DNA of 64,000 bases, from contig CAXXFF010000004.1 of NCBI GenBank assembly GCA_963676835.2, positions 288,001 to 352,000 on the forward strand. Reading direction: 5' to 3'. Both the position numbers and the translations under genes were made by a program. Source of the DNA: Marispirochaeta sp. (GTDB lineage: Bacteria; Spirochaetota; Spirochaetia; JC444; Marispirochaetaceae). Of this stretch, positions 51,161-60,100 are shown piece by piece. Numbering within the stretch: the first letter of the stretch is position 1; every line of letters begins with the position of its first letter. The notes under the pieces were generated by a model. That model did not search any database. It saw only the letters and a program-made list of their open reading frames with translations, and was not told where the DNA came from.

Positions 51161-51486
51161 CGCCATTGAGAAAATGTATCAGGCCCTGCGCTGAAAACGC
51201 ATGGAAATGTGTGTCACATGACAGGAAAATCGAAATGGTTGGATCTACTTGGATTAACGATTTACCGGGAAAGAATAGGGCCATCCGATTGTCTATGGGC
51301 AAGATCTGGGTAAAGTTATAGAGATTTCAGGCGAGTTCCTGGTAATGCACCCGATGAATAAATAAAATGATAGTTCTGCAAGGGCCATCCTTTTGAATGG
51401 TCGTGCGCTCCGAACTCAGAAAGTCATGTAACCAGTGGCATCGTTTTCTAAGTGCTGGATGTAAGGCATCACAATGTCGGTTTAAC
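51154..51486. other. Gene-less cassette body, copy 2 (cassette 5)
   Basis: Gap-free homolog of 49708-50040. Confidence 0.8.
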
Positions 51487-51660
51487 CAGCAATTGGAGCA
51501 GACAAAACCTATTGTCATGGTTTTTGCTAACGGTTTTATCCTGGTGAATTGGAATAAGTCGCTTTCCAGAGTAAAAACTGTTGTATAATGCTGTAATCAG
51601 GCAGCAAAAACGCATGCCAATGCCTTCGGCACGGCTTTGCAGCTCAATTGGATGTTCTAC
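51480..51660 (+). repeat. attC site 5 (181 bp)
   Basis: GTTTAAC...GCTCAATTGGAT-GTTCTAC. Confidence 0.88.
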
Positions 51661-51948
51661 TGACTGGCGGTATGTTCATTTATCTTCCATGTAAAAATCA
51701 GTACCTGAAAATGCAAAATTAATAATATTTCCTCCGGAAGGGAGAGTAAATATTGGGCTTAAAACCCCAGTGGGAGAATAGGTATTGGGAATGAATGGTG
51801 GTATATTGAAAACAATCGAATTTTCATGAAAATATTTTAAAATAGATGTGAAGTTTACTTATGGTATGAGCCATATTTAAGGTTGAGTAATATTCTATAG
51901 GATAAATCAAAATATTGTTGTAATTTTATCAATAAAGGATAAAAACGA

Positions 51949-52857
51949 ATGAGAACGTACATGATTTTTTTAATAACTCTTGCTATTCCTCTTAGTCTTT
52001 TTTCAATCGATTTTATAGGGAAAACATATGAGGATCACATTTGGATGGGATTCGATGGAGAAAGAAATACAAGTGGAAGTCAAAGAATATCATTTGGTGA
52101 TGATGAGGTCCTATACGAAATCGATGATAATAGTCATAAGGTAAAATCTGTCGTTTATGACGAATATAAATATAAGTATAAAGTTATAGATAATTGTGGT
52201 TTGACATTTATTGTTCTTGATAGCAATACGAAATGGCTGGCTATATATAATGAAGATATCCTAGCCCTCTATGATGATAATGATTACCCCTTTTTTGTTG
52301 GCTTTAATACAGAAAAAAATTATAGCATTTATGGAATTGGTATTTTCCCAAGGAATAGTGGGGATTATACTGCTTCTTCTTTTTTAGTTGAAGAAATAAA
52401 CGGTAAATTAATTAAGTATTCTCCTGATGATATTACAAATCTTTCCAATCCTACTCCTTGGGTAGAAGGAGTCGATGGAAATGGAATAGGAGAGAAATTA
52501 TACTATCGTCTAAAAGATGAAAGTTACATGAAATTAGTACAAGTATCAGGGGAGTTAGATTATTATTCAAAGTGGACATTTTTTATATCTAATGGGTATG
52601 TTTCATACAGTAGACCAGATTTATATAAAGGAAATAATAGAATTAAAGAAATAAGATTTACTCAACCTGAAACAAATGAAACGTATATCACTAACATTCT
52701 TGATACACCAAATATTCAAAAAATAAGTTTTCCTGATGATGCAAAAATGGATGGAAATATAATTATTATGGAGATCACGGATATATACGAAGGTTCAAAA
52801 TATCAAGATACATGCGTAAGTTTTATAATACAATATGAAGAGAAAGAAAGAATTTAG
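51949..52857 (+). CDS. Secreted protein with C-terminal NADase-type glycan-binding-like domain (cassette 6)
   Basis: Signal peptide; PWVEGVDGNGIGE, NGYVS..RPDLY..NNRIK, IYEGSKYQDTC. Confidence 0.7.
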   Translation: MRTYMIFLITLAIPLSLFSIDFIGKTYEDHIWMGFDGERNTSGSQRISFGDDEVLYEIDDNSHKVKSVVYDEYKYKYKVIDNCGLTFIVLDSNTKWLAIYNEDILALYDDNDYPFFVGFNTEKNYSIYGIGIFPRNSGDYTASSFLVEEINGKLIKYSPDDITNLSNPTPWVEGVDGNGIGEKLYYRLKDESYMKLVQVSGELDYYSKWTFFISNGYVSYSRPDLYKGNNRIKEIRFTQPETNETYITNILDTPNIQKISFPDDAKMDGNIIIMEITDIYEGSKYQDTCVSFIIQYEEKERI

Positions 52858-53031
52858 AATCTATTTCAAAAATACTGAGAATTTGCTTTCTGAAGGGAGA
52901 ATAGTTCTGAACACTTAGATAAACATCTGATGGTGGTATACATTTGGGGGTCCTTTCTATTTTACTAAGTGATTAATAATACTTCAAAGAGACCCGAAGA
53001 AATTAGCGGAGATGTTTATGTAATTATGGCA

Positions 53032-53140
53032 GTAGAACAAGCTTTTGAAACTGTCAAATCTTTTTGTCATGTAAAATGCGATACGCATTTTTCACGCCAA
53101 ACCCTTCGGGACAGATTTGCAGCTTAAAAGGGCGTTATAT
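53032..53140 (+). repeat. attC site 6 (109 bp, different sequence family)
   Basis: GTAGAAC (exact complement of GTTCTAC at 51654)...GCTTAAA-AGGGC-GTTATAT. Confidence 0.85.
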
Positions 53141-53381
53141 AGTCCCAAATTTATAATACAAAAATAGTCATAAAATGTTGCATGCTGGTTATTTATTGAG
53201 CAGTTCATAAAATATTCGCAATCCAGAGAATGGAGTTGTGGAAGCAAAATTGGTGCTGCAAAACGCCTTTAAAGAAGTGAAAAAACTCCGAATGTTGCTT
53301 GTAAGTTAGAATACCGCTAAAAGCACCTATAATAAAGATATTCGATGTTCATCAGTCGTGGCTAAGCTCGAATGAAAAAAG

Positions 53382-53410
53382 TTGACGTTGTATATACATC
53401 TGTGTATTAT
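53382..53410 (+). promoter_or_regulatory. Cassette-internal sigma70 promoter of TA pair
   Basis: TTGACG-N17-TATTAT, 5 nt before ATG; palindrome TGTATATACA in spacer. Confidence 0.75.
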
Positions 53411-53415
53411 TACCT

Positions 53416-53682
53416 ATGAATTCAATCATCTGGGACAAAGAAAAGAATGAAAAACTCATTCTTGAGAGAAATGTTTCTTTTAATGACATAAGTCAGATGA
53501 TAATGGATGGAAACTATCTGGATATTATTGAGAATCCAGTACGTGAAGGACAGCTGTATTTTGTGATGAAAATCGATGATTATACGTGGATTGTCCCGTT
53601 CATCGTAAATAAAGACGAAAACATTGTTCTAAAAACTGCCTTTCCAAGTCGCAAATACCATAATAAATACACGGGGGACTGA
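53416..53682 (+). CDS. BrnT-like toxin (cassette 7)
   Basis: WDKEKNEKL..ER.VSF, IVPF, LKTAFPSRK. Confidence 0.82.
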   Translation: MNSIIWDKEKNEKLILERNVSFNDISQMIMDGNYLDIIENPVREGQLYFVMKIDDYTWIVPFIVNKDENIVLKTAFPSRKYHNKYTGD

Positions 53683-53683
53683 T

Positions 53684-53995
53684 ATGAATCCAAAATATAA
53701 ACTTACAGACGAAGAAAAACAGATTGAGAATAAAATTGAATCCTATCAATCTGTTACAGGCGAAAAGAGAAAAAGGATTGAGAAAATAATATCTTCCGCA
53801 AAAAAGAAAAATGCCATAAGCCTGCGTATTGCTAATTATGATCTCGAAAAACTAAAAGAGAAGGCTGAAGAGGAAGGTTTACCCTATCAGACTTTAATTA
53901 CCACAGTACTACATAAGTACATTACGAATCAGTTATATGAAAAAGATGAAATTTTAAAATCAATACGATTGTTGAAAGAGGAACAAGCTATTTAA
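53684..53995 (+). CDS. CopG/RHH-type antitoxin (cassette 7)
   Basis: ISLRI...DL..LK.KA.EEGLPYQTLI; stop codon lies in the attC inverse core. Confidence 0.85.
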   Translation: MNPKYKLTDEEKQIENKIESYQSVTGEKRKRIEKIISSAKKKNAISLRIANYDLEKLKEKAEEEGLPYQTLITTVLHKYITNQLYEKDEILKSIRLLKEEQAI

Positions 53996-54090
53996 CCAGC
54001 AATTGGAGCAGTCAAACCTACTGTCACGATTCTTGCATGCGCAAGAATACGCGCCAGCTCAACGGTTTGTAGCTCAATTGGATGTTATGA
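53990..54090 (+). repeat. attC site 7 (101 bp)
   Basis: ATTTAAC-CAGCA-ATTGGAGC...GCTCAAT-TGGAT-GTTATGA. Confidence 0.88.
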
Positions 54091-54194
54091 TGTAAAGAGT
54101 ACATTCCACCCACATCGTTTATAAAACTCTTGGCACATCCTTTATGTACACCATAAACCCGAGCCCATAGATTATCCGCCGACCCTTGCTGCAC

Positions 54195-54686
54195 TTACTG
54201 CCTGAGTTTGTCCAGCCTGCCGCTCAGGGCCTGCGCAATTTCCCCGGCCGCTGTGAGCTGATCATTGCTGAGGGCATCGATGAATATTTCCTGGACGTCG
54301 GAAAGATGCGGCCGAACAGCCTGTTTGAAGGTCTTTGACCCGATTGCCGTAATCTGCACCTCGGCACCCCGCCCGTCCACAGGACATTCCTGCCGATTAA
54401 CGAGTCCTCTCTTTTCCATTCGGCGCAGGTGATGAGACAGCCTGCTGCGGTCCCAGTTTATGAGAGACGCCAGTTCTGAAGATCTGATCCTGTTTCCCTC
54501 CGCCTCGCTGAGAGCAAGAAGCACACTGTAATCCGGGGCTGAAAGCCCCGACTGAGTTTGCAGCCGGTTGAAGAGTTCAGTCCTGAGGGCTTCGGTTGTT
54601 TCCAGGAAACAGCGCCAGATTGCCAGATCCTCTTCAGAGGGCAGTGAAAGGCGTTTATTCCTTATTTTTTCACTCATTTTCTCCAC
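54195..54686 (-). CDS. MarR-family regulator
   Basis: DYSVLLALSE, RSRLSHHL.RMEKRGLV.R...DGRG. Confidence 0.92.
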   Translation of the reverse strand: MEKMSEKIRNKRLSLPSEEDLAIWRCFLETTEALRTELFNRLQTQSGLSAPDYSVLLALSEAEGNRIRSSELASLINWDRSRLSHHLRRMEKRGLVNRQECPVDGRGAEVQITAIGSKTFKQAVRPHLSDVQEIFIDALSNDQLTAAGEIAQALSGRLDKLRQ

Positions 54687-54692
54687 CTATTG

Positions 54693-54732
54693 TTGACGCG
54701 TCAATTATATTTTCATATTTTTGAGATGTCAA
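54693..54732. promoter_or_regulatory. Two probable MarR operators in divergent promoter
   Basis: Perfect palindrome TTGACGCGTCAA (54693-54704) and near copy TTGAGATGTCAA (54721-54732). Confidence 0.65.
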
Positions 54733-54746
54733 TCAGGAGTTTGGAT

Positions 54747-55796
54747 TTGAGAAAGAAGATAGACGCAGACAACATTGAATTTGGAATTGATACCTTTGGA
54801 GACCTCCCGGAGAATAACAACGGAAAGCTGGTCTCACATGCCGGGGCAATCCGCCAGGTAGTTGACGAAGCGGTGCTTGCGGACGAAGTGGGTATTGACG
54901 TTGTTGCCATCGGCGAACATCACCGCCCGGATTATTCAATATCCTCTCCGGAAACAGTTCTTGCGGGAATCGCAACTAAAACTTCCAGGATACGTTTGGC
55001 ATCAGGGGTTACAGTACTCAGCTCGGACGATCCGGTCCGGGTATTCCAGCGCTTTGCCACGGTGGATGCATTGTCCAACGGCCGGGCAGAGGTGATTCTG
55101 GGACGGGGTTCATTTACCGAATCATTTCCCTTATTCGGATACGACCTGTCAGATTATGAAATTCTTTTCGAGGAAAAAATAGAGCTATTCGCAGAACTGC
55201 TGAAAGAAAAACCTGTAACCTGGAAAGGCACAACCAGAGCCGCACTGGAGAAGGCAGATGTATTCCCCAAGACAGAATCAGGCCGCTTGAACACCTGGGT
55301 CGGCGTCGGTGGTTCGCCTCAGTCAGTTATACGAACTGCAAAATACGGTTTTCCTTTGATGCTTGCCATCATCGGCGGGCCCGCAGATCGGTTTGCGCCA
55401 TACGTAGACCTGTATTACCGGGCAGTCGAAGAGTTCGGCAAACCCGCACAGATGGTGGGAATGCACTCTCCGGGATTTGTTGCTGACACGGATGAAGAGG
55501 CAAAGGAAATTGTCTACCCGAGGTACAAGGAAAACCGGGACAGAATAGGGTCAACCAGGGGATGGCCGCCTGTTACCCGGGCGAGCTTCGAATCTGAAGT
55601 TGCACAGGGTTCGCTCTATGTGGGTGCTCCTGAAACAGTTGCAAAGAAAATGGCTGCTTCTATTAAAACCCTGGGTGTGGATCGATTTGATCTCATCTAC
55701 ACTACCGGTTCCCAGCCCGGACCTGCCCGGATGCATAATATCGAACTCTATGGTACCAGGGTGATTCCCATGGTTCGGGATTTACTTGCGGAGTAA
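54747..55796 (+). CDS. LLM-class flavin-dependent oxidoreductase
   Basis: GEHHRPD, VTVLSSDDPVRV, GRGSFTESFPLFG; TTG start after AGGAG. Confidence 0.92.
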   Translation: MRKKIDADNIEFGIDTFGDLPENNNGKLVSHAGAIRQVVDEAVLADEVGIDVVAIGEHHRPDYSISSPETVLAGIATKTSRIRLASGVTVLSSDDPVRVFQRFATVDALSNGRAEVILGRGSFTESFPLFGYDLSDYEILFEEKIELFAELLKEKPVTWKGTTRAALEKADVFPKTESGRLNTWVGVGGSPQSVIRTAKYGFPLMLAIIGGPADRFAPYVDLYYRAVEEFGKPAQMVGMHSPGFVADTDEEAKEIVYPRYKENRDRIGSTRGWPPVTRASFESEVAQGSLYVGAPETVAKKMAASIKTLGVDRFDLIYTTGSQPGPARMHNIELYGTRVIPMVRDLLAE

Positions 55797-55803
55797 AAAA
55801 GAT

Positions 55804-56442
55804 ATGAATCAGTCAGGAATTGAAACTATCGGTATACTCGGAGCGGGAAAGGTGGGTACCGTACTGGCCAGGCTGGCAGTAGCCGCCGGGTACCGCACCC
55901 TCATCTCCGGTTCCGGAGATCCCGCAGGTATCGCACTGATAACAGAAGTGCTGGCTCCCGGCGCACAACCTGGACATCCGGATGACGTAGCACGGGAGTC
56001 CGATGCGGTTATCCTTGCCCTCCCCCTTGGCAAATATCAGCAAATCAACAAAGAGGCATTAGCCGGAAAGCTGGTTATTGATGCCATGAATTACTGGTGG
56101 GAAACCGACGGTCCCCGGCCAGACCTGACGGAAACCGGCAAGACATCCACAGAGATAATTCAGGATTACCTCTCAGAATCCTATGTGGTGAAGGCGTTTA
56201 ACCATATGGGCTATCATGACCTGGAATCTGAAGCGAGACAGTCCGGAGAAGTAGAGCGCAAGGCGATAGCTGTTTCCGGCAACCAAAAGGAATATACGGA
56301 GGCTGCGGCTGAAATTGTGGACAGGCTTGGTTTTGATCCGCTGTTTATCGGAAATCTCGATATGAGCAGGAGCCTTGAACCCGGCGGCCCCGCCTTCGGT
56401 GCAAACTTGCAGGCGAAAGAGCTTGAAAGCGTACTAGGATAA
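55804..56442 (+). CDS. NADPH-dependent F420-reductase-family oxidoreductase
   Basis: GILGAGKVG, IDAMNYW, VVKAFNH. Confidence 0.88.
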   Translation: MNQSGIETIGILGAGKVGTVLARLAVAAGYRTLISGSGDPAGIALITEVLAPGAQPGHPDDVARESDAVILALPLGKYQQINKEALAGKLVIDAMNYWWETDGPRPDLTETGKTSTEIIQDYLSESYVVKAFNHMGYHDLESEARQSGEVERKAIAVSGNQKEYTEAAAEIVDRLGFDPLFIGNLDMSRSLEPGGPAFGANLQAKELESVLG

Positions 56443-56680
56443 ACCGGATACTCTTTGGAGGCATATGTTGAGTTGACTCAGCAGGAAAATCCAGCATCTC
56501 AAACACATTCATATTTTCTTTGAAGTAGTCCGAGTAGTGCGTATAAAAGAAAACTCTTCTTTTGGACAGTTCATAATGGACTTTCTTCAATGAGAAGGCC
56601 AGGCGTGTAGCATATTGCATCAATTTCGCCTGACTATGCCTATCGAGAATACGCACACTTTTATCAATGCTGAAACCTTT
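56441..56680 (-). pseudogene. IS91-family-like (rolling-circle) transposase fragment
   Basis: GFSIDKSVRI...QY.TR...SLKKVHY...LDF.AE.TQH.PPK resembles the IS91-type C-terminal region; no proper start or end. Confidence 0.65.
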
Positions 56681-56718
56681 GATGAAGATGACAACTACAG
56701 CTCAGCAAATTCCATTCA

Positions 56719-57342
56719 TTATGAAGTAAAACGCTTTAAAGCGCAGTCAAACAGGTATTGACTGATACTGTGATCAACTCCGTCTTCTGTATCCAAACTC
56801 ACTATAGCACCCAGGCCTTTCAGCTTTTCATAGGCATCAATGGCATGTTGAACCGGTATAACGGAATCCGCTTTTCCATGAAATAAATGAATAGCCGTTT
56901 GCTTGGGGGCTTCATTGGGCAGCTGGGCATAGCGACCGGAGAACCCCAGTACTTTTGCGGCGATCCCATCATGTGCTTTAACCGCTTCAAGGGACATAAT
57001 GGTTCCTTGAGAAAAGCCAAGCAGCACGGTTTGCTTCTCCGAAAAACCAAATTGTTTTTGCAGCGTTTTAATCATATCTATAAATTGGGGTAAGGCAGAA
57101 GCGATGCGTTCGGATCGATTTTCCTCAGTCACATTTGTTATAGAAAACCATTGTTTACCGCCGAAACCGCCATCAAAGTCATCGTATCCATCTACAACCA
57201 CGCAATGAGCCGCAGGATAAGCTTGATTCAGTGCTTTTCCGATTGGCGCCATATTCTCTTTATAGCTGCCTACACCATGAGCAATAATAACCAGGTATTC
57301 CGCTTTGTCTTGCGGCAGATACTCGATGTAATTTACCGACAT
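56719..57342 (-). CDS. Phospholipase/carboxylesterase (YpfH-like)
   Basis: HGVG, GFSQG, FSGRY, HGKAD, H catalytic triad. Confidence 0.88.
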   Translation of the reverse strand: MSVNYIEYLPQDKAEYLVIIAHGVGSYKENMAPIGKALNQAYPAAHCVVVDGYDDFDGGFGGKQWFSITNVTEENRSERIASALPQFIDMIKTLQKQFGFSEKQTVLLGFSQGTIMSLEAVKAHDGIAAKVLGFSGRYAQLPNEAPKQTAIHLFHGKADSVIPVQHAIDAYEKLKGLGAIVSLDTEDGVDHSISQYLFDCALKRFTS

Positions 57343-57765
57343 TTATTCCCCCTCGGAAATGCGCTGTATGCAATATTTAATGCAAATAAGATACTTCCAA
57401 ATGCTAATGGAAGATAGGAAAAGTCATATTATCTGTGAAAGAAATTAAAGACGAAAATGGCTGTTTACGAAAAAGTGGTATAGAATATGATCTTCACCCA
57501 CAATCCGGATTAGAACATTGAGATTTTTCTGTCTATGAAACCCGGAATTTATTACTGATGCAGGTGTTTTTCCTTGATCTATTGGAAATCCGGTTTTTAA
57601 TCTAAATCAAGGCAGTTATGCAAATGGAATTAATTTCCACGTTGAAACAAGATTATTATTAGCAGGGATGATATCTCAAACAGTTCAAACTGCTGATAGA
57701 GTATATCCTGGATTGGGAAGTTAATAAAACAAAACAAATTTTGAAGTTGTTACAGAAGTTTGATA

Positions 57766-57863
57766 AAATAACAAACGCCCGAAACAGTCAGTTCTATCAT
57801 CATGCCTTTTGCTAAGCAAAAATCACACCCATACACAGGCTGCAGCTGAAGCGGGCATTACTT
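57766..57863 (+). repeat. Degenerate attC-like site
   Basis: AAATAAC...GAAACAGTCA...TGCAGCTGAAGCGGGC-ATT; resembles attC6 with GTT changed to ATT. Confidence 0.55.
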
Positions 57864-57885
57864 AACAACAGGTACAAGGATAGAT

Positions 57886-58521
57886 ATGGAATATAAAATA
57901 CGCTTAGAAAAACCGGACGACTATTCGAAGGTCGAAGAAATGACTCGTGAAGCTTTCTGGAATTTATACACTCCAGGTTGTGATGAACATTACTTATGTC
58001 ATATTATGCGGAGCCATAATGATTTTATTAAAGAATTAGATTATGTTGCTGAGATTGATGGAAACATTATTGGATCCATAATGTATTCTAATTCTGTTCT
58101 AATTGGTGAGAATAAAGAAGAAATTGGGATAGTCTCATTTGGCCCATTATGTGTTCACCCTGATTATCAACGGCAAGGTGTAGGGACTGCACTAATAAAT
58201 AAAACAAAAGAGATAGTCATACAAAAAAATATCCCAGCTATTGTTATATATGGTGATCCTCATAATTATTGTAAACATGGGTTTAAAAACGGAATTGATT
58301 ATTCAGTCAGCGACATGACTGGAAAGCAACCATTGGGCTTGCTGGTTTTAGAACTTGAATCAGATTTTTTTGGAAGCCAAAAATGGAAAATAAAGCAAAG
58401 TGATGTTTTTTCCTTCGACCACGCCAAGGTCATAGAGTTTGATAAAAGGTTCAAGAAGAAAGAAAAACAGACACAATATAGTCAAGAAATATTCAGCATG
58501 CAGATAAGGGCTTTTTTATAA
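57886..58521 (+). CDS. GNAT N-acetyltransferase (YhbS-like)
   Basis: REAFWN, FGPLCVHPDYQRQGVG, YGDPHNY. Confidence 0.9.
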   Translation: MEYKIRLEKPDDYSKVEEMTREAFWNLYTPGCDEHYLCHIMRSHNDFIKELDYVAEIDGNIIGSIMYSNSVLIGENKEEIGIVSFGPLCVHPDYQRQGVGTALINKTKEIVIQKNIPAIVIYGDPHNYCKHGFKNGIDYSVSDMTGKQPLGLLVLELESDFFGSQKWKIKQSDVFSFDHAKVIEFDKRFKKKEKQTQYSQEIFSMQIRAFL

Positions 58522-58630
58522 ACAAATATCTGCCCATAACAGTTTGAGCAGATATTACTTAGCAAAGAAACGAACTATTAGCGGTTTTCCAGAATTGACC
58601 GCTGCATAATTCAAATGTTAAGATTAAGAC

Positions 58631-59041
58631 ATGAAAGTTACCACCCCGATAAGTGATTTTTTAAAAGTTTCCAGAAACAACAACGGAAATCTGGCATTGC
58701 CTGCCATAGACGAAACACGAAACCATATAGGCACTGCTCATGCGGGAGCGCAATTTGTCTTAGCCGAAATGGCAAGCGGAGCCTGTTTAAAGGAATCCTT
58801 TCCGGAGTATGCAGATAGGGTTATAGCGGTAGTCCGACGTGCTGAAGTTAAATATTCAAAACCCGGTGAGACTGAATTGGAAGCCACTGCCTCTATTACA
58901 GGTGATCCTTCAGATATCTTAAAGCACCTCACCTCTTCCGGCCGAGGATTAGCAGTAGTGGATGTACAATTATTTGACAATAAAGGTCAGATAACATTTA
59001 GAGGAAAGTTCACCTGGTTTTTGGAGTTAAGAAAAAGCTGA
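58631..59041 (+). CDS. Hotdog-fold thioesterase-like protein
   Basis: NHIGTAHAGAQFVLAE. Confidence 0.8.
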   Translation: MKVTTPISDFLKVSRNNNGNLALPAIDETRNHIGTAHAGAQFVLAEMASGACLKESFPEYADRVIAVVRRAEVKYSKPGETELEATASITGDPSDILKHLTSSGRGLAVVDVQLFDNKGQITFRGKFTWFLELRKS

Positions 59042-59055
59042 TATGAAAGATAGCC

Positions 59056-59505
59056 ATGGCCATTGATTTCCAATCAGTGCTTCACTGGGCAAAGTTAAAC
59101 GCTCCTTTATCTTTCTCACATATTCATGGAGAACTTCACTGGATAAAAGTGCGCGAAAACGGGATTAAGCTGGCAGAAGATACACCTGGTGCAGATGCAG
59201 TACTTATTGAGCTGTTTGGTTTTCTGCATGATTCTCAGCGGGAAAATGAGAATAAAGACCCCGATCATGGGAAACGTGCTGCAAGACATATTATAAAAAT
59301 TAGAAACAATCTTTTGAAAGATCTTACAGACGAACAGTTTGAAAAACTGCAGTATGCTATAAGCAATCACAACAGCCCAATGATAGAAAAGGATCCAACT
59401 GTTGGGTGCTGTTGGGATGCAGATAGATTAGACATTTCCCGTGTTGGAATCCCGGTGCAAAAAAGCTTTTTATCAACTGAAGCAGGTAAGAGGCGGGTTC
59501 GCTGA
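59056..59505 (+). CDS. HD-domain protein
   Basis: HGELHW, LHD, DPDHG, CWDADRLD. Confidence 0.85.
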   Translation: MAIDFQSVLHWAKLNAPLSFSHIHGELHWIKVRENGIKLAEDTPGADAVLIELFGFLHDSQRENENKDPDHGKRAARHIIKIRNNLLKDLTDEQFEKLQYAISNHNSPMIEKDPTVGCCWDADRLDISRVGIPVQKSFLSTEAGKRRVR

Positions 59506-59569
59506 TACATACTGTGCAATGCTGGAAAAATAAGTAATCGATTGTATCTGTTATCCTGGATAGTCAGCA

Positions 59570-60004
59570 ATGAAGGTAAAAATGGAAGAATATTGGAATC
59601 CGATGGTTCCTGAATTATCCGTAACAGATTTTGCTAAATCTCTCGAGTTTTATCGCAAGACACTCGGGTTCAAACTCAGGGATCGAAGATCAAATCCTGA
59701 ATTCTCATATTTAGAAATTGAAAAAGTCCAGATAATGATTGAACAAATTCACAAGACAGCCTGGATCACTGATCCACTTGAATATCCACTCGGGAGAGGG
59801 GTGAACTTCCAGATTGAACTGTCAGAAATAGCCCCTGTGTTTAACCGTCTAAAAGAAGCTGGCATTAAGCTGTACCGTAATCTTGAAGAAAACTGGTATA
59901 ATGCAGGCAATAACCTAACTGGACAATTAGAATTTATTGTACAAGATCCGGATGGTTATTTGCTGAGGTTTACCCAGTATTTAGGTGAAAAAACAGTTTC
60001 GTAA
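59570..60004 (+). CDS. VOC/glyoxalase-bleomycin resistance family protein
   Basis: PELSVTD, PLGRGVNFQI, VQDPDGYLLRF. Confidence 0.88.
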   Translation: MKVKMEEYWNPMVPELSVTDFAKSLEFYRKTLGFKLRDRRSNPEFSYLEIEKVQIMIEQIHKTAWITDPLEYPLGRGVNFQIELSEIAPVFNRLKEAGIKLYRNLEENWYNAGNNLTGQLEFIVQDPDGYLLRFTQYLGEKTVS

Positions 60005-60100
60005 ACACCATGCGATCATATATAGGCCATAATCCCTTACATACCAACATAGAACCGGGACAGATAAGCATGCAACGGCATCCATTGTTGAGGGGACTTT

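Larger units (their letters stand above)
47528..54090 (+). mobile_element. Integron gene-cassette array without a local integrase (CALIN-like), 7 cassettes
   Basis: Seven attC sites; each cassette's 5' GTT core is complementary to its own 3' AAC inverse core; AT-rich; genes all on + strand. Confidence 0.9.

Noticed and set aside
49971..51588. Short ORFs 49971-50195, 50047-50265, 51327-51518, 51397-51588
   Set aside because: They run through attC sites, lack RBS and are not conserved between the duplicated copies.
48377..54090. Repeats as a CRISPR array or REP family
   Set aside because: Repeats are 100-180 bp, separated by gene-sized units and show attC core pairing; no cas genes.
58533..58552. 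Possible attC inverse-core remnant (CCCATAACAGTTTGAGCAGA)
   Set aside because: Too short and no matching right arm.
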